A stretch of 60,543 nt of DNA, counting the filler, from Dirinaria sp. TL-2023a (Eukaryota): assembly GCA_051941275.1 (NCBI GenBank). It is 10 parts of 10 records of this genome, joined end to end, with 100 filler letters (N's around TTAATTAATTAA, not from the genome) between each part and the next. Parts side by side here need not be neighbours in the genome. Positions count along the whole stretch, not along the records: positions 12,178 to 18,161 come from JAVEBF010001552.1; positions 18,262 to 24,241 come from JAVEBF010001553.1; positions 24,342 to 30,319 come from JAVEBF010001554.1; 7 more parts are not named here. The stretch is one strand, 5' to 3'. Each line of letters opens with the position of its first letter. The stretch's first letter is position 1. Shown one piece after another: positions 15,250 to 26,552 of this stretch. Made by a program: the position numbers and the translations under genes. The notes below the pieces were generated by a model that saw only the letters and a list, made by a program, of their open reading frames with translations, ran no database searches and was not told the DNA's origin.

Positions 15250-17127
15250 CTTGAGCATTGAGCGACCAAGCTCGTTGGACTAAAGAAATGGCAGCCATGC
15301 TGGGGCACTTGGAGGGTTTCTTCTTATACGTCAACACAGTCTATTCGTGGTCATAGCTTGTCATTTGATAAGCCTGGCTTTTGCTTTCTGCGAGCTTCCG
15401 TCCTGGGGTTTGCAAGGCGATCCCCTCCTTCCTGCCCATGCCTAACGAAATTTTAGGATCGAACGGCATGGCGGACGATTTATGGGGTTCGTGACGTGAG
15501 AAGTGCGTCAATAGCAGCAATAGGGCGATGAGCCTTGCTCAATGAGGCAGGTCCGCTCTACCATGGATTACCGAACCCATGGAACTCCTCTTTCGAACCT
15601 CCTCGGTATCTGCAATTGAATGGTACAAATCGGCAGTTGTTGCAGCTTGCATCTTTGACCGTGACACGACAGCCTTAAATCTTGAATGCAAATATCTGAT
15701 ATGGAGGATAGCAGTCTTTTCCCTCCGGAGAGCGGATGGAGGAAGTCGAGGAGGAAATCAAGCATCGCTAAGGCCGCAGTGGGGTGCAGGAACCCGTCCC
15801 CCCGAGAGCCATAGAGGTACCTTATTAAAGTACTCTTATGGCAACTTGGCGCTGCGTGGAAGAAGGTCAAAGTCCTGGGTAAGGTACCGGACGGAGGACG
15901 ACGCCATCTCGCCTTAAAGTCCTGGCTAGCGTCATGTACGCCAAGACTAGTCGTCCAGGTGACTACAGGTAAACTTTTGAGAGCCTAGGTAGCAAATTGT
16001 AGCGCTCGGGCGATAATATTAGGTGGTCCCTCGGGCGACATCCAGTTGACCACACCTGTGGCATTGGCGTCGCTAGCCAGGATTTATGGAGTCGATCTTC
16101 GTTCCGCGCACAAAAGTCACAAAATAAGCAGACTTGCAGCATCATCGCCTTAGACGTTTCGCCTCCCTCTACAAGTCCCTGGTGTTCTCGATCAAAATCC
16201 AATTTTCACAAGGATGTGAGAGCTGAACCAGTCACGGAGAGTCCAGGTTTCAAGCTCAACATGTTAAATAGTCCGGGAGAATCCAAAACTTCCCTCAGAA
16301 ATGTTAAGTAGCACATCTAAATTTCAGACTCAAGACCTTCTTGAAATACACATACCGCAAACGAGCTCGTCTCTTCAACTTGCTCTTCGCTCTGACGACT
16401 TAACCTAATGTTGCATAAGCTTGTCACATGAATGCCCCATCAAGCTACACTAATGGAAGGCGAAAAATCAAAGAATGTAACGCTGGACTAATGGACAATG
16501 GTCATTATGGATCTCTCCGAAAGTAAAGGCCCGCATGGTGTAGGACAACACCCCTTATACTCTTCTATTTCCTGTAGTGGCCCTGTCTAGAGCCCATATT
16601 AAGCCTATATGATCGTTCACCACCATGGTTTTCATTTCCTTCGAAACGCGTGTCACGCGAAAGCGGTAGCATCACTGAGGGGATATTCGTTCCGCAAATC
16701 GAACTACCTAATATAAGCTATTAGGCTTACCCATGTAGATAGGGAATAGTGCTCAAAAGCTCTGAAAGCATGATGCGCTGCCAGACCTGGTGATCCAAGG
16801 AAAACCCAAGCAACAACCAGACCACCAACGATGAGAGATGATATGAATGACTCCGTGGCTGATGACATCGTGACGAAAGCTCACCGGCTCATGCCAGCAT
16901 GCGGGATTAGATACCGCTCAGTATGAAGGAAACAGCTAAGGTACCAGCATTGGTGGTGTGCTGGCCGCCTCGTGGTATGAGCTCCGTCAGCCGGTCGCTG
17001 GCAAATGTGCGTTGGCGATAATGCCATTAGATTGTGGTATAAATATGGGAGTACTGTTCCTTCTCTTGCAAAATCATCTCTTTACATAGAGCGAAATTCA
17101 ACCATCTGACCACAATTTAGACTCAAG

Positions 17128-17547
17128 ATGTTTCCAAGTAATAATAAATTCAGCATTCTCAACGTAGAGGGGGTGGATCAAGATGAAGTGGAAGAGGAGA
17201 ACCCTTCGACGCTTACGCCGCACAAAACTCCAATGGCTGGTGCTAGCGACCCTAGCAGCACGACAACTGCAGAGCACGACTCGTCGACGAGTTCAAACAA
17301 CAAGGGCAACAATAAGAACACCGAGGATGATAGTAAAGAGCAAAGAAATGAAAAGCGCCCAAGTAATGAGCAAAAGATGGCTCCAAGCATCATAGACGGC
17401 TTCGCAATCCGGGACGCAGGGTATCCAGCTTTGGGAAACGAACCCTTGGGGTCGCAGCGCCAGGGTAAGCCGTCGTATCAGGAGATAATGAAGAAGAAAA
17501 GTTGGCGGCGCAGCGATGGCGACAACGGCGACAATAGTTGTGTTTAG
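17128..17547 (+). CDS. Hypothetical hydrophilic, probably disordered protein, 139 aa
   Basis: CAAGATG start context, TATAAAT at ~17038, very polar sequence; no family recognised. Confidence 0.5.
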   Translation: MFPSNNKFSILNVEGVDQDEVEEENPSTLTPHKTPMAGASDPSSTTTAEHDSSTSSNNKGNNKNTEDDSKEQRNEKRPSNEQKMAPSIIDGFAIRDAGYPALGNEPLGSQRQGKPSYQEIMKKKSWRRSDGDNGDNSCV

Positions 17548-18161
17548 AGTTCTAGGGAAGGGGAGAATGAGGAATCTGAGCGGTAATTCCGCTTCAATTG
17601 TCATCGCAGCCAAGCTGTAAGCTCTTCTCGTTGCTTGTTCTAAGTTGAGAGTTTTTCAATCCTCAGTGACCTGATCAAAGCTTTTTGAATCATATTATCG
17701 ATGTGCATAATTCCACTCACTATTCGCTTCTTTTGCTTGCCTGCTCGAGCATCAGCGCATGAAATACTGCTTAAATGCATGATTGTTTAGACCTGGGCTT
17801 GAACCGATGGCCTTCGAGTTGACTACAGAATTCAAGCCAGCGGTGGAGGAGTGAATCGGAAGTTGCATTAGAAATGTGCCATTAATTGGTATTCATAATC
17901 GATTTCTGGAGTCCAAGGCAAGAGACTGCACATCTACTACTGTTGGTAATTGTAAGATTTGCAACAGCAATATTATTCCTAGGAAACGCGTCAACGCCGA
18001 CAAAACTTTTCCAAAACCCTGTTTCGGGTTTAGCCTCATCAGCCTTTGTCTTGGCATTTCGAACTCCTGAAAGTCCTGAAAGTCCCGAAAGACGATGGAT
18101 TCTCGACAAACTTATGTCAAAACCTGTTTTTGATCTAGCGTCGTGAGACCATGTATGAGAC

Positions 18162-18261
18162 NNNNNNNNNNNNNNNNNNNNNNNNNNNNNNNNNNNNNNN
18201 NNNNNTTAATTAATTAANNNNNNNNNNNNNNNNNNNNNNNNNNNNNNNNNNNNNNNNNNNN
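18162..18261. other. Artificial contig linker
   Basis: N44-TTAATTAATTAA-N44. Confidence 0.99.
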
Positions 18262-18765
18262 AGTTTGCGGAGGACATAGGAGGTTGAGACGTTGAAGTAG
18301 TGTTTTAGCGCGGGGAGCGGGATGTAGCGGTTTATCTGTTGGGAAGGGATGTATCAGTCTATATATCTTCCCTTTTTGTCTGCTTTTTGGGTTGGGACGT
18401 GAGAATGAGGAAAGAGGCATAATGGCTAGGTTGCGAAGTGAAATTTGATAAAAGGAACGAATAGCCAAACACACGTTCTGGTCCATATACTCCTGCCCAA
18501 CCTTCAGCGCGCTCTGCCCCATCTGAAACCCCATTTGTGCTGTCGGGTCATTCATCAAGCCTCCAAATGCTGGCGCGAAACCACCCGCATTGTGGGAAGG
18601 CGGCTGTTGACCCATCGGTGCACCGGGATAGGGGCTGCTGCTGTAGGACTGTTGCGACGGAGGAGGTGGTGACCGTAGTTGAGGAACTGTCGAAACATGT
18701 TGGGGAACAGGGTGGTGGAGAGGAGGGGAGTGGGCAGGCGGTGGAGCGTAAGAACCGCGTTGCAT
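18262..18765 (-). CDS. YIF1: ER-Golgi transport protein Yif1/Hrf1, 5' part (exons 18765-18475 and 18335->18262), truncated
   Basis: HSPPLHHPVPQH...DPTAQMGFQMG...GQEYMDQN | INRYIPLPALKHYFNVSTSYVLRKL, the typical fungal Yif1 N-terminus. Confidence 0.88.
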
Positions 18766-19052
18766 GGTCAGCGGAAACAGCAAGGATATTTTGCTGTATT
18801 TTGGAGAGATAGGGGTTGTGAAGAACTAGTTGTGGTCGTGTGGTTGAAAAGTGAAGCGTGTAAATGTTTAGCTGTAGCTGCAGTACTACTACTTTACGTT
18901 GCTGTATTGAAAGTCCGGTGGTTCGTGCACCCGTAGGGCTGAATCTCCGATGCCGATGGGACACCGTCGAGACCGTCGAGACCGTCATACTGCACTGGCT
19001 CACAGGCTCTTGACTTTCGGGAAACTGCAACCTCTCGAGTCTGTGCAGCAAA

Positions 19053-21143
19053 ATGTTGGACAGTTTCGAGATCCTGTCCACTTCGGGCGTTGTGCTGTGG
19101 TCAAAGTCTTACGTCCCCGTCAGCAACAGTATCATCAATGGTTTCATCAAGGATGTGTTCATCGAAGAGAAGGTGCTCCCAGGCGCCAATGTTGCCGACG
19201 ATACCTCGGCGGTCAAGAATCCACCGTATAAGAAGGAAAAGTATACACTGAAATGGACGAGCGTGAAGGATCTCGGTCTCATTTTCGTTGTTAGTATGCA
19301 TCAGCTCAGCAGTGCAATGTTCGATGCTAAATTGTGCGCGAGGCGGTCTATCAATCACTATTACACCTTTCATGGATCGACAGACTTTTAGACAATATCA
19401 AGATTATGTTCGTCGACCTTTACGGAGATCAGGTGAAGAAGCCGCTTTCTAGCAGGGTCGAATGCGACTTCGACGGATATTTCGAGCAGCAGGTGCGCGA
19501 GTTGGAGGGTTCGGCAGAGAAAACCCCACAACGGCCACCACTACCAGCTTTCGATGAGCTTACACCACTTTCAAGCTCGGACAGCCGATATAAAGAACCC
19601 CCGCCGCCCATACCAGGTTTCTTGACAGGTAAAGAGAAGCCTGCGAATGGCAATGCGCCGTTTTCAGACTCTACACCCGTGTCTACTCCAGATACCTCCA
19701 GGCCGACCACCCCCTCAAACAATCATCTCCTGTCTACCAAACCCGCATCTAAACATCTGTCAAGACGCGCCAAAAAAGCAGCGACGGCATCAAATGCTTC
19801 GTCTGGAGATGAAGCGTCACGAAAAAGGCCAAAGTCAAGCAAAGGCGAGGGCAAGAAAAAGCGGGTCTGGGGTGCAGAAGGTATCGCAGACGAAGATACA
19901 GGGGAACAGCTTGACTACTCGGTCTCGACAGGGAACGACGGTATTGAAAACTCATCATCGAACTTGGCAACCACAGCTCCCATTGACGCAAGCGTGCATG
20001 GTACCAGGACCGGCAAAGGCCAATACGTTCTCAAAGACTTGGATGATGAGGTTCATTCGATACTGGACGGAGCAAATGAGAAGAAGGGTGATTCTGGCTC
20101 GGCAGGCGGCGTGGTAGGATCGAGTCTCAGCGCTATCAGCGGGCTATTTAGGAATGTAGTTGGCGGGAAAGTGCTTACTAGAGCGGACTTGGAGAAGCCG
20201 ATGAAGGGCATGGAAGAGCATCTTCTGAAGAAGAACGTCGCGCGAGAAGCTGCTGTCCGGCTATGCGAGGGCGTAGAACGAGAACTTATCGGAGTTAAGA
20301 CAGGTAACTTCGAGAGTAAGTTAATGCAACATCGTTCTTTTCTTGAAACTCGACACTAATTGTTGCTCAGGTATCGACAGCAAGATTCGCGCTTCTCTCG
20401 CTTCTTCTCTTCGTAAAATCCTCACGCCGACCACCTCCCTTGATATACTGCGCTCGATAAACTCAGTGATCTCGCCTCCATCAACGCCACTTTCGCCGTC
20501 TCCACGTCCTTATGTCATCTCCATTGTCGGCGTTAATGGCGTTGGCAAATCTACCAACCTAAGCAAACTCGCCTTCTTTCTGCTCCAAAACCGCTTCAAT
20601 CTCCTAATCGCTGCATGCGACACATTCCGCTCTGGCGCCGTCGAGCAACTTCGAGTGCACGCCAGGAACCTCAAGGAACTAAGTGAGCGTGAGGATCTGG
20701 GGAAAGTGGAGCTGTATGAGAAAGGCTATGGCAAAGATGCTGCCAACATCGCAAAGGACGCAGTATCCTATGCCGCATCTCAACATTTCGATGTCGTTCT
20801 TATCGATACGGCAGGCCGGAGACACAATGACGCTCGTCTTATGTCCTCTCTCGAAAAATTTGCGCAATTTGCCAAGCCAGATAAAATACTAATGGTGGGT
20901 GAAGCGTTGGTGGGCACAGACTCGGTCGCGCAAGCCAGGAGTTTCAATGAGGCGTTTGGGAAGGGAAGGGGTCTTGATGGGTTTATTATCAGTAAATGTG
21001 ATACCGTTGGGGATATGGTTGGCACTTTGGTCAGTATGGTACATGCAACTGGCATTCCGGTGGTTTTTTTGGGTGTGGGCCAGCACTATGGGGATTTGAG
21101 AACGCTGAATGTCGAGAGGACTGTTGGTCTGTTAATGCAATAG
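19053..21143 (+). CDS. SRP101: Signal recognition particle receptor alpha subunit, 3 exons (19053-19289, 19343-20315, 20371-21143)
   Basis: Longin-type N-terminus MLDSFEILSTSGVVLW; SRP GTPase motifs GVNGVGKSTN, CDTFRSGAVEQL, DTAGR, SKCD, GVGQHYGDL. Confidence 0.96.
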
Positions 21144-21557
21144 ACGACGATATATGCGACATTCGATCTTCTCCCATCTCGATTTTTCTTACCGGTCAAG
21201 TGATTTTCTCTACATTATTGCCTTTCTCCCACAGTAAATAAATCCAAGCAAGCCCAATACCGCTTCGGTTATGGAAATCAAGGATGACTATATTTTCGGA
21301 TGGACGAAAGGCTTCGACAGAGCTGGAACCAGTCGACAGGGTAACTCCGCGTTCTCCGCATCTCTTCTTTTTTCTCTTATTTTTTTCCCCATTCAATGCA
21401 GCACCTAACTGGCACGCTCCCTTAGAAGCGAATGCCACCACAATAGGGCGGCGCCACTTGGAAAGCCACCCCCTTTTTCATTGAACTGCAGCTTGATAAC
21501 CCTAACCCTTCTTGACTACGCCGCCGCAGAAGCATCGTCCAGCGAGTGGAATTCGTG

Positions 21558-23566
21558 ATGGATCATGCCATCTCTTTCCTTCATGCTCAGCAACTGTACA
21601 TACAGTATTTCATTGCCAGCTTTACTGCAGCTGCGATTTCATTCGTCCTCTGTCGCCAAATCCATATAAAGGACGATGAAGCTCCAATTGATTTCTCGGT
21701 CTCAGTCCCCGAACAATGTAGGCCGGATTGGACAGGCCCTGTGTTGGACGAGCCTGGGATAAAGGTGGAATTACAAGAGCAAAGCTATATTTTCTCTACA
21801 AAGCTGATGTGGGCTAGGCTTCTGGATCGAGTGGCATACAATGCTACTGCCCGGCCAATGGACGCCTCCTCGGTCTGGTCAATCCTGCAACACCGGATGG
21901 GATCGATAGGGCAATTGCAAAAGCGAAAGACGCGCAGGTAGGCTGGGCGGCGACGTCGTTCAAGCAGCGCCGGCAGGTCCTACGAACGATGCTCAAGTAT
22001 GTGCAGGTATAATTGGGAATAATTACGAGCACTAGTTTGACTAAAAGCTTATTACAGATACATTCTCGACAATCAGGACGAGATTGCTACTGCAGCTTGT
22101 CTCGACTCGGGTAAGACCAAGATCGATGCCTTGTTCGGAGAGATACTGGTTACTGTCGAGAAATTGAAGTGGACCATCCAACATGGAGAGAAGGCGCTCA
22201 AACCTGAGAGACGACCTACCAATTTCCTGATGATGTACAAGCACAATGAAGTCAGGTGGGAGCCATTGGGGGTTGCAGCGGCCTGTGTCAGTTGGAAGTA
22301 GGCAGCTTGTGTCCCTGCGACCCAGGCATATGCTAATGTGCTCACTCTTAGTTATCCGGTACACCATACTTCCAACGATCGTTAGCTGAAGCTGACCGAC
22401 CTACCTAGTTCCACAACTTCATGGGCCCCGTTATTTCGACTCTTTTCACTGGATCAGCCGTCGTCCTCAAAGCCTCCGAACAGACCGCTTGGTCGCTCTC
22501 TTACTTCGCGTCCGTCGCCCGCGGTGCTCTCACAGCTTGCGGCCATTCTCCCCACCTGATCCAACCTCTCGTATGCTGGCCATCAGCTGCGAAACATCTG
22601 ACCTCTCACCCATCAATATCGCATCTGACATTCATCGGATCCCGTGCCGTGGCCCACGCCGTCTGTGCTTCAGCTGCGAAGAGCCTCACACCAGTTTGCG
22701 CCGAGTTAGGAGGGAAGGATCCCGCCATCATTCTAGATGATGTCCGCAACATGGAGAAAGTCGCGAGCATTCTTATGCGAGGCGTCTTCCAGTCAGCAGG
22801 CCAGAATTGTATTGGCATCGAGCGCATTGTAGCCGTCCCCAAAGCATACGACCTCCTGGTCGACATCCTTGCACTTCGCGTCCGTGCTCTCCGTGTGGGC
22901 TCGGCGCTTGAGGAACAAGATATTGACGTTGGATCCATGATCTCCGACGCATCCTTCCCTCGCCTTGAGAGCCTCATCGCAGACGCCGTAAAGCAAGGCG
23001 CGAAATGCCTCGTTGGCGGCCAACGCTACCACCATACCAAATACCCCCAAGGACACTACTTTGCTCCCACACTCCTGGTGGACGTCACGCCTCAGATGCG
23101 AATAGCGCAAGAAGAACTCTTTGCTCCTATCTGCGTGCTGATGCGCGCTTCCTCCGTGGCGGACGCGATCCGTATCGCGAATAGCACACCCTATGCCCTT
23201 GGCTCTTCTGTCTTTGGGAGTAATCGCCGGGACATCGATCAATGTGTCAGAGAGATCCACGCGGGCATGGTAGCCGTGAACGATTTCGCGGTTTTCTATG
23301 CCGTGCAGCTTCCTTTCGGTGGCGGGCGGGGCAGTGGATACGGCCGGTTCGCGGGAGAGGAAGGGTTGCGGAGCCTCTGCAATACGAAGAGTGTTTGTCG
23401 GGATCGATGGTCGGGCGTCAGCACCAGCATCCCCGGCGTGCTGGACTATCCGATCGAGAAGGGGAAACGGGCGTGGGAGTTTGCGAGGGCGTTGGTGGAG
23501 GTGGGGTACGCGGAGAGCTTTGGCAGACGAATGCAGGCCGTATGGAGAATACTGAGACATAGCTAG
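21558..23566 (+). CDS. MSC7: Aldehyde dehydrogenase, Msc7-like, with N-terminal membrane anchor, ~596 aa, 5 exons (21558-21764, 21818-21996, 22058-22297, 22352-22358, 22409-23566)
   Basis: IQCYCPANG, DSGKTKIDALFGEILVT, SWNYPFHN, FIGS, AELGGKD, catalytic AGQNCIG, EELFAP, LPFGG..GSGYGRF. Confidence 0.92.
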
Positions 23567-23998
23567 ACAACAGAGGCATAAGAAGGCTATATAGGCTTCT
23601 TGCTGTAGGAAACATCAAGAGTAGAGGAATGCTTTGATTGTAGCTACTAAACTACACCTGACTCAATTCCTTTCTCTCTCTCTCTTTCTTTTGAAAGGAA
23701 CAAGCAGCACACACACCCCCCACGCAAAAAGGAAATACACAGAAGTGGTATCATTCGCCCAAACCGAACAAGAAGTTCCGACGCCCCACTTTCGAACATC
23801 CACATCCACATCCACACACACACCTTCGCATTAACCCCTTCCTTCCTTTCCCCCCTTAATCAACAACAATCTTAACCGACACACACCATCTCCCCTGCTC
23901 CCCTTCCCCCCTTCCCATTTCTCTCTCTCTCACTTTTCCATCGACGATGGAAAAAGAGAAGGGTGAAGGGAACTGAAAGGGGATGAAAGTGGTGGGTG

Positions 23999-24184
23999 TT
24001 AAACGGCGCTCCTGGTGGCCCCCCCTCTCCTACGGCGCCCGCCGCCGCCGCGGCCGCACGTGAGGCACGAGATGATGATGTCGAACAGGCTGACGATCCC
24101 CGCGATGATGGCTTGGCAGATGGACCCGATCCCGTTCACGATCGCCATCAGGCACGCGCCGATCGTTTGGAAGATGGATTTTAT
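23999..24184 (-). CDS. Last exon of a small Gly/Ile/Cys-rich fungal protein (first exon lost at the contig edge)
   Basis: After CTAAC..CCACAG acceptor: IKSIFQTIGACLMAIVNGIGSICQAIIAGIVSLFDIIISCLTCGRGGGGRRRRGGATRSAV*; strong C/G-ending codon bias; not in the ORF track. Confidence 0.8.
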   Translation of the reverse strand: MKSIFQTIGACLMAIVNGIGSICQAIIAGIVSLFDIIISCLTCGRGGGGRRRRGGATRSAV

Positions 24185-24241
24185 CTGTGGAGTTGAGTGG
24201 GTGTTAGTGCTGGGTAGAGAGGGGGAGGGGGAGGGGAAGGG

Positions 24242-24341
24242 NNNNNNNNNNNNNNNNNNNNNNNNNNNNNNNNNNNNNNNNNNNNTTAATTAATTAANNN
24301 NNNNNNNNNNNNNNNNNNNNNNNNNNNNNNNNNNNNNNNNN
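24242..24341. other. Artificial contig linker
   Basis: N44-TTAATTAATTAA-N44. Confidence 0.99.
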
Positions 24342-24700
24342 GATACATATGTCTCAAGTAAGAACTCATAGCATCTCCATAGACGCCTTCCTTTTTTATA
24401 TCACGGTGGAGGTTCACGTTCGACCGGTCCCAAAAATGTAAAACATGAGATGGGTCTCGTGGAGCGTATACATGTATTTAAATATCTAGAAACGATATAG
24501 CCAGTGTTTGGACTGTTAATTTAAAATTTCAGAGGCGGAGAAGGGGGTTCCAATCATTTTTTATTATTTCTCTCCGTTTTTTTTTTTTATTTTCTTGTTT
24601 GTGTACAGATAAGGTAGAAAGGGGGAAGGAAGGAAATCATAAAAACGAGAGAAAAGAATGTCTAACCATTAAACGAGTACAAGGGAAAAAAACCCCCCCC

Positions 24701-25590
24701 GATCAGACATTTCTACAACGACATATCCCAAAAAACTCGTAAAGCGGCGCAAAAAGAAAAAGGTGTGTTGGTATGAAGGGACTACCCGTAGGGGCAGGGC
24801 ACCAGATGCCCCCCCCTTCCTCAGGAGATCCTGAAGTGGGCTGTACTTGTACTCGTACGAGTTAACCGGACTGGAAATATACCTGAGGTTATCTAGACTA
24901 GGGAATTCTGCCATGCTGATGATGTAGTTCATAACAGAAGGTGGGGTGGGTATCGGATATGAGCTCTTTTGCCCCATTTCTTGAGTGGATAGCAAAGTTA
25001 GGTTATAAGGGACAAACCCAAATTAGAAAAAAAGGGAAGGAAAGAGCGATGTTGGGGGGAAAGAACAAAGACGGAAGTTGGATTGTGTACGAGCACAGAT
25101 AAAGAAAGCTAGCAAACAGAGGAGCGTGTACTCGTACGAGGAATGAATAAATGTATGAATGAATGCGAGAAAAAGAAAACTGATCAGACATTTCTACATC
25201 GACACATTCCAAAAAACTCGTAAAGCGGGCAAAAAGAAAAAGGTCTATTGGTATGAAGGGATTACTTTGTAGGGGCAGGGCACCAGATTCCCCCTCCCCT
25301 CAGAATCCTAAGTGAGCTGTACTTGTACAAGTTAACTGGAAATATACCTGAGGTTATATAGACTAGAGAATTTGACCATGCCGATGATGAAGTTCATAAC
25401 AGAAGGGGGGGGGGGAACGGATATGAATTCTTTTGCCCCATTTCTTGAGTGGATAGCAAAGTTATGTTATAAGTAGGGAACAGATCTAAATTGAAAAAGG
25501 GAAAAGAAGAAAAATAAACCAAACCAAACCAAACCAAGGGGGGAAAAAAAAAAAAAAAAAAAAAAAAAAGGGAAAGAGCGACGTTGGGCG
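24701..25590. repeat. Diverged tandem duplication, two copies of ~360-400 bp (24701-~25060 and 25182-~25590)
   Basis: Collinear shared blocks GATCAGACATTTCTACA, AAAAAACTCGTAAAGCGG, TTGGTATGAAGGGA, GTAGGGGCAGGGCACCAGAT, CTGGAAATATACCTGAGGTTAT, TCTTTTGCCCCATTTCTTGAGTGGATAGCAAAGTTA, GGAAAGAGCGA. Confidence 0.92.
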
Positions 25591-26552
25591 GGGAGGGGGG
25601 AGAGAGAGAACGGACTGAGAATTGAAACTGGGGAATGAAACCCGGACTCACAGCAATTAGTAGTGAAAAAGATAATATCTATACCGAAAATACTAGATTA
25701 AGGCAAGGTACTTTACTTTAAGATAAGCAGCATTTGGCATTGCCTCAGGGTATTTATTTCATCATCAATCCGAGAAAAAAAAAAAAAAAAAAACGAAAAA
25801 CGGACAGAAGGCCTCACAAAAACACTCACACACACACACGCACCCTCGCCATGCTATATATACCTGAGCTCAGCAGCTCTCGAGAAAAGAGAAAAAAAAA
25901 AGGAAGGTTTTCCCATGCTTTATGTCCCGCTTACATATTTTTTCCTTGGTACCCTCCGATTGTATCTTTTCTCTTTTTTTTGTTTATCATGGTCACCCAA
26001 AAAAAAAAAAAAAAAAAAATAAGCTCACAAATTGGACCTTGTTTTGGGCCGCTCTTCTGCTGCCATAATATGTAGGAGGGAAGCAACAAAACCCCCACTG
26101 GTTGGACGACTTTCCTACTTTCCCCCTTCTTCCACACCATTAACAGCTCAATGCAACTTCTTTACTCTCTATAGCTCCTCACGAGCGTCACTGCTGTTGT
26201 ATTGGTCGTGCTATTGGTGGTAGTGGTAGTAGTCATAGTCTTCGTCGTCATTGTGGTGTCGGTTGTTGCCGCAAAAAAAAAAGGACCCAGGTAAGGTATA
26301 TTAGCTCGTGGAAACACGTATATCGCTTGGTATCTCGAAAGAGCACGAACATGAAGCCGAGATTAGAAATACCAATCCAGTTTGCTGACGTTCAAAAAGG
26401 GAACATTGTGGAAGACTGAGGACCTCAATCGATAGGCCCTCCCTAATACAGATTTTATAGACCTTTAGTGACCCTTTCTTTCCCAGATTCTCATCACTCC
26501 GGACAATTTATATCATACAGTTCTTGATAAAAACCTCATGAATCGGGTTCAA

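Noticed and set aside
17791..17845. Imperfect hairpin (CTGGGCTTGAA...TTCAAGCCAG) with a GTTCAA T-loop-like motif on the minus strand
   Set aside because: No D-arm, acceptor stem or proper T-stem; not a tRNA
17882..18161. Open minus-strand frame at the contig end with a 9-bp LSG repeat
   Set aside because: Could be a gene 3' end, but too short and featureless to support
22793..23560. 255-aa minus-strand ORF
   Set aside because: Antisense shadow of the ALDH last exon
24900..25460. Box C/D snoRNA pair inside the tandem duplication (TGATGA in both copies)
   Set aside because: No box D (CTGA) at a suitable distance downstream and no terminal stem
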